A DNA stretch of 59,534 bases, filler included, from Basidiobolus ranarum (lineage: Eukaryota), in NCBI GenBank assembly GCA_040143965.1. It is 5 parts of 5 records of this genome, joined end to end, with 100 filler letters (N's around TTAATTAATTAA, not from the genome) between each part and the next. Parts side by side here need not be neighbours in the genome. Positions count along the whole stretch, not along the records: positions 35,809 to 47,622 come from JASJQH010007461.1; positions 47,723 to 59,534 come from JASJQH010007462.1; 3 more parts are not named here. One strand, 5' to 3'. Under the pieces are notes generated by a model. It had not been told where the DNA came from and made no database searches. It was given only the letters and a program-made list of their open reading frames with translations. Positions 40,059 to 50,860 of this stretch are shown piece after piece (within the stretch, counting starts at the first letter, position 1; every line of letters begins with the position of its first letter). The position numbers were made by a program, and so were the translations under genes.

Positions 40059-41877
40059 ATGGATCCCAGAATCAACGAAAAAGAAGCTGCCGCCATTCAC
40101 GCCGCTGCTGTAACCAGAAATTATTCTTTACAGCCACGTTTGGGTATGTGCCTATGGACAAGCTTCATCTATAAAGTTATAATTGAATCCTTCCAGTTTA
40201 TGACTTCTTGAATCTACTGTATAGATTATAGAACTGTCGCCGGTGTCAATGGCCCCTTGGTTATTTTGGATAATGTCAAGGTACTTGTTGACTTTCCGTC
40301 GTCAATAACTTCGCATTTCCTTTGCTTACCTTCATTTTCATGTAGTTTCCAAAATTTGCTGAAATTGTTGAACTTACCCTTCCAGACGGTACCAAGCGCT
40401 CTGGACAAGTATTAGAAGTTCAAGGCAAAAGAGCTGTCGTACAACTATGTGCTTTCTAAGACTCACTCTTCTTACGCCCAAGTTAAAGTATAAAATCGAT
40501 AGGTATTTGAAGGGACTGCAGGTGTTGATGCTCGCGCCACTCACGTTGAATTTACTGGAGATACTCTAAAGATGCGTGGTTCAGAGGACATGTTAGGTCG
40601 TGTTTTCACTGGCGATGGTACACGCATCGACAAGTGACCCACGGTCTTTGCTGAAGAATTCTTGGACATTGAAGGTATTTTTTTCTCTAACTACCAGACT
40701 TGCACTTGATATTTACTTCGACCTGAAACTTACTGCCCAATTATTCTAATTCATAATAGGTTCACCAATTAACCCTTTTTCACGCATTTATCCTGAGGAA
40801 ATGATCCAAACTGGTATTTCTGCTATCGATACAATGAACTCAATTGCCCGTGGTCAAAAGATCCCTATTTTCTCTGCTGCCGGTTTGCCCCACAATGAGG
40901 TTGCAGCCCAAATTTGTAGACAGGCTGGTTTAGTTAAAAAGCCTACCAAGGATGTACATGACGGTCATGAGGACAATTTTGCTATCGTGTTTGCAGCCAT
41001 GGGTGTTAACATGGAAACTGCCCGTTTCTTCAAACAAGATTTCGAGGAGAATGGCTCTATTGAACGTGTTACCCTTTTCCTCAATCTTGCCAATGATCCT
41101 ACTATTGAACGTATTATCACTCCTCGATTGGCGTTGACCACAGCAGAATATTATGCATACCAACTCGAAAAGCACGTCCTGGTTATCTTGACTGATATGT
41201 CTTCATATGCAGATGCCTTGCGTGAAGTCTCTGCTGCTAGAGAAGAAGTCCCAGGTCGTCGTGGTTATCCAGGTTATATGTACACTGATTTATCAACCAT
41301 TTATGAGCGTGCTGGTCGTGTTGAAGGTAGAAACGGCTCTATTACACAGATTCCTATCTTGACTATGCCAAATGATGATATCACCCATCCTATCCCTGAT
41401 TTGACTGGTTACATTACTGAGGGACAAATCTATGTTGACCGTCAGCTTCATAATCGTCAGATTTACCCTCCCATCAATGTGTTACCTTCACTCTCTCGCC
41501 TCATGAAATCCGCCATTGGCGAAGGCATGACGCGTAAAGATCATGGAGATGTTTCTAATCAACTGTACGCAAAGTATGCCATTGGCCGTGATGCTGCCGC
41601 TATGAAGGCCGTTGTTGGTGAAGAAGCTCTTAACCAGGAAGATAAATTATCTTTGGAATTTTTGGATAAATTTGAGAAAACCTTCATTGCACAAGGCCAT
41701 TACGAGTCGAGAACCATCTTCGAGTCTCTTGATCATGCTTGGTCACTTCTGCGCATCTTCCCTAAGGAGTTGCTCAATCGTATTCCTCAGAAAACTTTAG
41801 CCGAATTCTACCAACGTGACCGCAAAAACAAGGGCAATAAGGGCACTGTAGATAACGAAATCGAAGTCGAGGCCTAA
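40059..41877 (+). CDS. VMA2: V-type ATPase subunit B; the sequence as given has a lesioned exon 4
   Basis: Exons 40059-40143, 40225-40280, 40346-40444, 40503-40674 and 40760-41877. [29 protein letters not shown] and [14 protein letters not shown]. In-frame TGA at 40635 and a CT donor at 40445. Confidence 0.95.
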
Positions 41878-43096
41878 GGTAATATGAAGGCTTGCACGCA
41901 TGCCCTCCCTTTCATTTGAATTTCTAAAGGAGAATCGATGTCCAGTCACAGTGACGCAAAGCTTAATTTGTGCTCTTCATTCGTTAATTAAATAGTGTAC
42001 CTTTCCTCGTTGCTTGTTCTCTGGAGTGTTATATTTCGTATTTTAATTTAGTCAATAAATGTATTCAATCATTATCGTTAATCATTCGCACTAAACACAC
42101 ATGAAGCCAATATAGCCAGGAACTAGAATTCAGCGAAATCGCTAATCATTGCTAGGCGTACCACCAATTGTAGACTGATGAAAAGATTCAATTGGGCTCA
42201 ATCCATTCCAGCCAAAAATACTATGGATCCGCATAAAATGTGCATTTCACACAGATATACTATAGGCCTTTCTAGCCACACTTCATTGGCAGAATTCATG
42301 ACAACCAATGAATGGATGTGCTACTAGGCGCCATGCTATGCCATGGCAGTCAATGGATTATGATCCTCGCCACTCAGGTCAAGAATACTAAAATACTCGA
42401 TCGAGTTCTATTTCTAGTTTTGGCCCCGGTTGATATGGAAGACGTGCCTTCATATATTGGAGTGGAAAGTACTTTGTAAAAGTTCCTTTGGTGTATGTGT
42501 CGTCGTTGCTTTCTGATGGAATCTTCACCGCTGCAGATGCAGGCCTTATTGTGGAAGCAAAGCAATGTAGAAAATCCCGAAAATGGCTGAATAGTTTCCT
42601 ACTTTATTCGATGTGAGTTGGTTTAGGGGAGATGTTACGCAAGCGCAGTGAATTTAAGAATGAAGAATCAATCATAGAATGTGCTTGCATTTGGAGAGGC
42701 CAGCTTGCAGAAATACTTAAAAAGATTTCCTTATTTGAATTGCACATACCTACTAGAGATGAGCTATAACAAGTAATATTCTTGAATGGAAATTGCCGTG
42801 CTTCTTGTTAGGACCTATGATTGGTGGAATTCAAAATACTGTCCATCTCTGCATAATGTTCGAAGGATTTTGTACCTCGTCTCGAGTGTTAATCACTTTT
42901 CTGTTCAGCTTGAGAAGCAAAAGCAACGTTTGTCAGTTGAATCGTACTTTCCAAATCATACTAACTTCTCTATTTTCAAACCATATTCCCTTCTCTCAAG
43001 TTACATGTCAACACCTCAATAGCCGCTGAAAAATACGCCCTACCACTAGAGAAGTGAATTATAGCGTTACCGTTCTTCTTCTCCAATAACCATATA

Positions 43097-44340
43097 ATGG
43101 ACATAAAAATACCCCCATTTAGTCATATACCTTACCTAATATTAGTGATATGCTTTGGGTCAAGCCATAGTTCTTATTTTTCTAACTCTCAGTTAATTCG
43201 ACGAGCAGGCAGGTCGTTAGATTTTCTTTGTTCTTGGAGTTATGTCCTAACTGATCTTAAATAGATACCTCAGTTTGTGGTCCTGATATTTATTGTTTAC
43301 CTAAAACCAATGATACTTGGGTCATGTCGTCCGTCGAAGTGATTCGTTGGAATTCCGAATACCCCACTTTCGCTGTACAGGGTACTGTCGACATCCGCTT
43401 ATACGATGTAACGGATATGCGAAAGCCGGTTCTAGAGCGTTTAAATACTACAAATGGTAAAGGTTATATGAACCTTACTTTAGACCCTAATCTTCAGCCA
43501 CCTATTTTTGCACCTGTGCTTAACCGTCCGAAGAATTTTACTGCCATCAGAATGTACTGCTTTTTGATAACTGTTGCTGGAGATGATATAGTAAATAAAC
43601 CAAACGGTCCTTATTTCTATATCCAAGGTATTTTTTTTATCACAATAATTTTGTTACTTCGTGAACTACTATGTAACTCTTGGAATTTTTTCAATACACC
43701 TAGATCCTCCTCCTTTAAGCGAGGCATTACCATCTGTCGCCCCTATTCCTAGTGCTACTGTTCCAACAGATTCTACGAACACAGCTACGCCGGATCCACC
43801 TATACCAATACCTATTGATACGTCAAATCAAAAAGATAGTTATTACCATGGGTCTATGGGGTTGACTTCTGGTGCGATTGCTGGAATTTCTATAGGATGT
43901 GTATCAGTGCTCGCGGCAGCTGGGATATATCTTTTTATTTAATTGAACAATATTCTACCAGTTGACATTAGATATTTTAAAATCCTTAACATTCTACAGC
44001 TTTAGTGGTTTATCGTCGTCGAAATATGAAGGCTAAGCCTGGAACTGGTAAAGACGCTCCTCGTGATGGCAATTTAGATAGTAGCGTTATTCCTGAGAGT
44101 GGAGAGACAATTCGACGTCCTAGCTCCTTACGCCTTACTGCGAATGACGCTCAACTGATCGCGGAGACCTACCGCCGACTTCTACGTAAACCAAGCTGGG
44201 GAACTGCAGATGAAGGTGAGGTAGTACATGTAGAGACAGGTTCTCCACCTCTTTCTCCAACACTTTCCATGAATTCAGCACGTCAGACAACATCACCTAC
44301 ACAGCCTTCATTTCCAACAGAATTGAGTTCTCGAAAATAG
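43097..44340 (+). CDS. Type I single-pass membrane protein (signal peptide, ectodomain, Pro/Ser/Thr stalk, TM, cytoplasmic tail)
   Basis: Exons 43097-43208, 43265-43627, 43704-~43922 and 44000-44340. GLTSGAIAGISIGCVSVLAAA..LVVYRRR forms a TM plus stop-transfer. The last donor is uncertain. Confidence 0.75.
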
Positions 44341-46949
44341 ATTAACAACAGTGTAGATGAACGATTTTTACGTTCAAGTCAGAAACATTCTAAACTCATC
44401 CATTCTCACCTTCGAACACTCAAATACCCACTTTACATCAACCAAAGTTTTGTTATTTTGATTTTAAGAGTAACGTTCTTCTTGTTCTTCCCCTTTTTGT
44501 CATTGAATGGTTGTTCCAATTCATATCACATTCATCTATTTTGTAGCTGTGATCCTCTCATTACTAATTAGTATCTTTTTCTTCCCTTCGGTTGGTGATT
44601 ATAATTTCTTATATGTACATGATATACGTATCTACTTACATGAACTTTTGTATTAGTTTCTTATCGTTTCAGAACCTTTCTTGGAAATAAAGTTGCCACT
44701 TTATGGGATGATTTCCCTGCCCATTCGACTGTGTAAGATCTTCTGGTATTTCAATCATGCTGAAGCCATATGATGAGTTTGTTTCGACTAATCAAGGATC
44801 TGTAGTATGTACATATAGGCTAGAGATCATATTTTCAAACAGATCATCCTGGATTCTCCCAAGTAATCGATTGGAGTTGTATTGCAGTGCATAATAAATA
44901 ATTCAAGAACACAGAACCTTTAGGAGCATCTAGGTGGCTGAATTGAGAACTTGTAGGTTGAAGGCGATGGGTAGCATTGATATGTCAGAAGTAACATATA
45001 TGTATTCTGGGATTTAGTAAATTTCAATCTTGTCAGGTACCGCAATGTAACTAAGGTTGTTCGGCATCAACTTGACAGGTTTCTTACTTTCGAGATTTTG
45101 AATGCGTTAGTTAGGCACTACGGTCGTTATATTGGGTTGGAAAATTAATTGTCACTGGAACATTGTTTAGTAGTGGTGATTCTGTTTAGATACATTACAA
45201 ATGACAACTTTTAGTTTCGCTATTCTCCTGCTACCCAACCAATCATGGCTGGTATGGATGGCGTTTACAACTCAAAGATGGTTTAGATGTGGTATCATGA
45301 CAAACAACTCCAGTCTAGCAACCATTTCAGCGGCGAAAGGTAGTCTTGATATTCAAAATTAGACTTGTGGACCTGTTAGCATTCTTTGCAATATCGCCCT
45401 ATTTTACAATAAACCAGAATTACTATCGGTAAATATATTCCATACACAATTGTCATTTCTCTGGAGATGCTTTTCCGATATAACTCTTTCCCGGTAAGAC
45501 GTGTAATTGTTAAGGTCCACCACATCCACATTGTATTGAGTAATGTCCATGATATGTTTGGCAAAACCTGATCAATCATGTATATCTTTTATTTCTAGAC
45601 TTGTCGGGTTCTGGACGACTTACCTGGTCCGTTTTAAGATTCAGCAAACACTGAAACCTTATAATTCCTTATTATGTACCTTTCGTATAGCGCTTAACAA
45701 CCCAGTCATTGTCGTAAACATTCTCACATGATTCGCACAATATTTTCAATTTGCACCTTGGGGCCGTTTTTACGACCAGCCATACAACTTCGGCACTATT
45801 GTGACACGACTAGTACAGAAATCAATGTTCAAGGGATAGTAGCTATTTGCAAAGTCTACCAAATGAGTAACAATTCTTTCACAATGACGCCGTTCGATTT
45901 ATGAACAATCCGTGTAAGTTCATTTATAGATGGGCACCCTCATGGAGTGAAGGAACGTAACATTCTGCCTTTATTTCTAAACTCTTGCTTAATAGGATTT
46001 CTTCTTTGACGCTAAGCTTAAAGTATTTACATACACAGCAATACAGAGTTCCCATACAGTCAGATTCGATGTGTTGGTATTAGAAACTCTGTGGGGTTTT
46101 CATTCGGCTAGCCTAAAGTGGAATTTTCGATTCGAATTATATTAGAGTTGCATTATATATGTTATATATGTATTACATAGAGGCACAGGCATTGATATTT
46201 CTTGTTAACTTCTGATCAACTGGATTTCACCACAGACCTAACAGCAAATCCAATATATACACATATAGGATAATTTGATGAGTGATTAAATTGAATGACA
46301 GTGCTCCTGGTTCGAGCCATGCTAAGCCTCCTATAAAGATCCAATAACGCCTTATATAACATCAGTAGCAGGTCAAACCTCAGTGTTCATTAGATCCCAC
46401 GGATTTATGCTAGCTTTCCATCTAAGTTGGGAAAACAGAGCAAGTTATAGAAATTGGTGGTCAGGAAAGGACATCGCTGTACAGAGTGACTACTACCTTT
46501 CACTGCGTAGCTGTTCAACCTACTCCTGAATCTTTCTCACTTATTAATCCTTTACTCCTTTAATCTGAGACAACCTCCAAAAGGCTAATCCATGCGAATC
46601 TAATGTTATGATTTATTTACTCTTAATTGTCAACATCAGGATATTATGTGTCTCGCTTCCCATTAGATGTATCCGAATCCTTACCTTTTGGAACAATGCT
46701 AAATGAAACATATCCGGGGTCTATAACCCCTCATAATGCATGACATAGGATATAAGCATCTAGGCATAAGCCTTGATTGAAAGTCATCATTTCCTCTTTC
46801 TTCTACAAACTCTTACTCCACACGGAAAACGGAAGACACTCCTTGCTTCTCTTCTCGCGATACCGAAAGACCACATCTATATAGCCGCAGTTATACATTT
46901 ATATACCCTGATTGTTATTCTGTAGTAGTTCATCTGCACCGCCGTCACA

Positions 46950-47622
46950 ATGACAGAAGATATTGCTGCAATCCAACCAAACAGTTATCCAATTAGTAAT
47001 ACTCATTTGACTGAGTTCACCAAAAGAAAGAACTGGATAGATCGTATTATCAATGAATTGAAGGATTTTTATCATGTCATCACTCCATCGGGAAAGTTCA
47101 TCTATTGTTCCCCAGCCTGCCAGGAGCTTGTAGGATATTTACCTGAGGAGATGATCGGCAGAAATCTGAAAGAATTCATCCATATTGATGATGTAGATAC
47201 CTTTTTGAGAGACTTCAACTTGGCCTTGAAGCAACGGGAATATCGACTATTTCTACGTTTCCGTCGCAAGGATGACAAGTTCTCGATGTTTGAAATTACT
47301 GGGCATCCGTACTTCCATGAACGTACTAATGAATTAAAAGGATTCTTCAGCATGGCAAGGCTTTATCCTGGCAAAACCACCTCAACGATGGATAGTTTCT
47401 TGGAATTAAGAATTGAAAATGAAAATCTCCGAAGGAAATTAAGGAATCTTGGATTGGAAGATACCGAGACTCCTCCCTATCGCTCAGAAAATCGGCCAAG
47501 TACAGGCCTAAGTACTCCAGGCTCATCCAATGTACACAGCCCCGAGGGACAAGCCGACACTTTGAATGAATTAAGAAGGCCAACCATCTCATCAGAGCTG
47601 CCTGAGGCGGAGGCGCTCTCTC
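46950..47622 (+). CDS. wc-2: White collar-2-like PAS protein, truncated by the contig end before the expected GATA zinc finger
   Basis: EFTKRKNW...ELKDFYHVITPSGKFIYCSP...LVGY.PEEMIGR...FIHIDD (PAS) and MARLYP...MDSFLELRIENENLRRKL, characteristic of WC-2. Confidence 0.85.
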
Positions 47623-47722
47623 NNNNNNNNNNNNNNNNNNNNNNNNNNNNNNNNNNNNNNNNNNNNTTAATTAATTAANNNNNNNNNNNNNNNNNNNNNN
47701 NNNNNNNNNNNNNNNNNNNNNN
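47623..47722. other. Artificial contig spacer 4
   Basis: N44-TTAATTAATTAA-N44. Confidence 0.97.
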
Positions 47723-48265
47723 CTTTTTGTCTGATTGTATTTGGTTAATTAAACTTGAGAGCCTCATTTTTCTAAAAAGTAACTAAACACTAGTACGCGT
47801 GTCTTCTCCTGCAGGGTGATCTTCATTTGAGTAATATGCTCTCATGACCGGAGTGACTTTGGCTTTTTCTTGAAGATACGTAGCAAACTTGCCTTTGTTG
47901 GCAGTTGAAGATTTCAAACGTGATAGGAAATGCTCAGCTCTGGTGACTTGGTCTGTCTTTAAGTACTCTCTGAGCTTCCTGAATTTTCTGTACTTTGTTT
48001 CAATTACTTTTTGGTTGCTTGTATATCGGTAAGCCATTTTGTTTTCAGCGGTACTTTCTTCGTGCATACAGTACAGCAAATCGCGACGTCCAGGATCATT
48101 TAGCACACAATTGCCAACACTAGCCTTCAATTCTTCTCTTCCCAACTTCTCCACATACTGAAACTCCTCTTTTGAAGCAAGAGACTTTGATTTTGTGCCA
48201 CTGCTACCCTTCTTCTCTGTATCATTGTTTTGCTTTAACACCGACACACCTACACCATCTGTGTA
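47723..48265 (-). mobile_element. Fanzor1/TnpB-like nuclease fragment 1 (TDG motif through RuvC-I and the following helical region)
   Basis: TDGVGVSVLKQ...FQYVEKL...CVLNDPGRRDLLYCMHE...YRYT...AE..LS...FRKMRLSSLINQIQSDK. One TAG at 47783; cut by the contig edge. Confidence 0.85.
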
Positions 48266-48521
48266 CTTTTCAGACCTGAAAGGATTGTATCCAATATTGT
48301 TTGGTCCCATCAGATGCACATATTTAACTCTACCTGACTGTTTGAAGAATTCAGCACTATTCTGGAACATTTTGTCAACCAGAGCTTGGTCAACTCCATG
48401 GTTTTGGAGATAAAAGAAACCTATGTTCGTGCTAACCTCACCCACTTACTTTGCGCACTCTTGCAAGTTGGTAGAAAATAGAGAAAGATTAAATTACAGG
48501 TATTTCGGTGAGGTGTGGCAT
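48266..48521 (-). pseudogene. 5' remnant of a 2OG-Fe(II) dioxygenase (DIOX_N) gene
   Basis: MPHLTEIPVI[fs]NLSLF...CAK*VGEVSTNIGFFYLQNHGVDQALVDKMF..SAEFF...K...NIGY. One frameshift and one stop; interrupted by Fanzor sequence. Confidence 0.8.
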
Positions 48522-49397
48522 TAGAAATGGCTAGCTAACTAGTGAAAGGATGATAAGGCTTTATAGAAGATCTTGGTAATGATAAGCATGTGAGTGTTCC
48601 GAGTGGCAAGATGTGAAGGAAAAACATTGCCGATCTGCAGCTTTATTTGAGTGGGGTTTCGACATCATCCTATCCATTGCATTTCTCACCAAGGATAAGT
48701 ATATAACAGATACACATAAGTTCATTTGTATACTATTCACATAGATTGGTTTAGATTTATGGAGTTGAAAGCTGCCCAGTGGGGTTATCATCATTTCCTC
48801 TATCAGTCTACAAAGGGTCGTTTAGATTTTCATTCATTTGCTTAAACTAGTCATCTCTCTCCTGCCAGAGAAGTGTGACAATGAAGTTACTTAGGAGTAT
48901 ATCTATACAGCTCAAATCTTAGTTATTGGGTTAACAAGTTTGTTCAAATTGCATAATTGTTGATCAACTCTATATGTAAAGCTCGGACAATAACTATTCC
49001 CACTTTCAATCTAGTCTGATCGAAATCACTTCTAGCGTGCTATCTCACCAATCTCAATGAATTTACACTCGATGTGAAGGCCGTCCGACATGTCTCTCAC
49101 AGCTTCCATGAGATCAGAATTCTAGAGCATTCTCCAATACCATCTAAACATCTGTAAATGGTGACTAGCTTCCTCAAAAATAGATCCCTATCATTTGGCG
49201 AAGTCACGCGCTTCCCAACCATCGTAGACCATTGGTCGCGCTATAGCTCTCGAATCAGACCACCGTTGGATGTGATGGGATGGAATAGAGATTCTACAAC
49301 AAGGGATTCGATCATAACATAAACATTGAAAAGCACCAAACTTTATAAAGGTTCGTCCCACTGACTTCTTTGCCTTTCCGTAACCACTTAGAAAGAA

Positions 49398-50090
49398 ATG
49401 AATATTAAAGAGGAACCAGTGAAAAATGAGAAAGAAACCCGAATAACATTGAATATCGGCGGAGCAAGATTCGTCACCACGTTGGAAACAATTCAAAAGT
49501 ATCCGGATACAATGCTGGGTCGTATGTTCGCCGTAGAAAATCGAGAACTCACTAAACCAAACGACAAGGGAGAATACCTCGTGAATTACAGTCCTCAATG
49601 GTTCGATCGTATACTGAGGTTTTATCGGACTGGTCAGCCTGTACCTCGACCTGTAGATATTGATCCATCATTTGAGGATGCCTTGGATTTCTGGGCCATT
49701 CCATCGGCAACTGTCATAGAACAACTAAACATAGAAGCAAGTCAAATCTTGGAGGAATTCTTAGACGGGGTGATAGAGGTGATGTTCACAGCAGTCAAAA
49801 ACTTTCTTCCTAAAGTCAAGATTATTTTCGATTCACTCTACGACGTTCGATTTGAGCCTAAACTTCTTACCGTTCATGAATCGATTAAAGTTCAATTTCG
49901 TAATGGTTATAAAATTCTAAACTCTTCAGCTAGAGTCATAGTTGGGATTCAACTGAGAAAAATCCTTTTTCCAGCTACTTTATCCATTGTATACACTTAT
50001 GGCTCACCTGAACGTTTTCACTTATCTATAGAAAACTACTTGAACTTTGATACCATTTCGAAAAATTTGGCTTATAACCCTATTGTATGA
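49398..50090 (+). CDS. BTB/POZ (KCTD/T1-type) domain protein
   Basis: RITLNIGGARFVTTLETIQKYPDTMLGRMF...EYLVN...FDRILRFYRTG...ALDFWAI; intronless 230-aa ORF. Confidence 0.9.
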   Translation: MNIKEEPVKNEKETRITLNIGGARFVTTLETIQKYPDTMLGRMFAVENRELTKPNDKGEYLVNYSPQWFDRILRFYRTGQPVPRPVDIDPSFEDALDFWAIPSATVIEQLNIEASQILEEFLDGVIEVMFTAVKNFLPKVKIIFDSLYDVRFEPKLLTVHESIKVQFRNGYKILNSSARVIVGIQLRKILFPATLSIVYTYGSPERFHLSIENYLNFDTISKNLAYNPIV

Positions 50091-50225
50091 CCCTTTACAG
50101 TGTTTTAATCTAAAATGGGATGAATTAAATAAATCAATTAGACATTTCATAAAATAAATTCGAGATAAGCTTAGACACATGGCAAAAGAAACTTACTCTG
50201 TATTAAATGTTTAGTGTAGCGATAA

Positions 50226-50860
50226 TCACACAGGATGGTTTGCTTTTTGAGTTTATCGACTGCTGCTAGCCGACGAAATACCCTTTCTTTTATACCTGGT
50301 GGAAAGAGGTTCCTTCAATCTGCAAAAGCGTTCTGGTCTTTCCCAAGTTGAGCGCAAGTTAAAAAGGATATGTCAAAGTAGCAACCAGGTCACGGCTCCA
50401 AAGATGAAGGGGAAAATCTTCAGTAGTATTGGCCGCGACCTTTAAATATTGTTGGTTTTAGCACCTGAACAGAAATTAGGTTTGAATTTTTTACTTGCAT
50501 ATAAAAAGCGTTTACCTTAAAAGACCACAATAGGATACTTTTCTCTTTTGTATGGTCTAGGATTTTGGATTTTTTGAAACTTTTCCAGTTCACCGTTCTG
50601 GCAAGTAGGGCACAGACTTGAAGTTTTAAACTCGTCAAGGTGGTATAGCTGGATGCCTTCTTTGGCCAACATTTTCTCATTCCGACGCCTCTATTGGGTT
50701 CATAATACTTTTCATTTCCAGCCCACCAGTCACCAAGTATTAATATAGTATTTTTCCCAAACTTCTCCCAAAGACTCTTGGCAAGCCGTTTGTCTGATTG
50801 TAGTTGGTTAATGAAACTTGAGAGCTTCATTTTCCTAAAGGTAACAAACTGCTGGTAGTT
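50226..50860 (-). mobile_element. Fanzor1/TnpB-like nuclease fragment 2 (RuvC-II, zinc finger, RuvC-III, C-terminus), pseudogenised, one intron at 50465-50515
   Basis: FRKMKLSSFINQLQSDKRLAK...KFG...LILGDW...EPNRGVGMR[fs]LAKEGIQLYHLDEFKTSSLCPTCQ...NPRPY...GLLR|C*NQQY...LWSRDLVA[fs]HIL..LR....RPERFCR...KRK. Confidence 0.88.

Noticed and set aside
40635-40637. In-frame TGA in VMA2 as recoding (selenocysteine or an alternative code)
   Set aside because: The position is a conserved Gly within a patch of other lesions, and TGA serves as the normal stop of the BTB gene.
46950-48521. Functional linkage of WC-2 with the Fanzor or dioxygenase
   Set aside because: They lie on different contigs separated by an artificial spacer.
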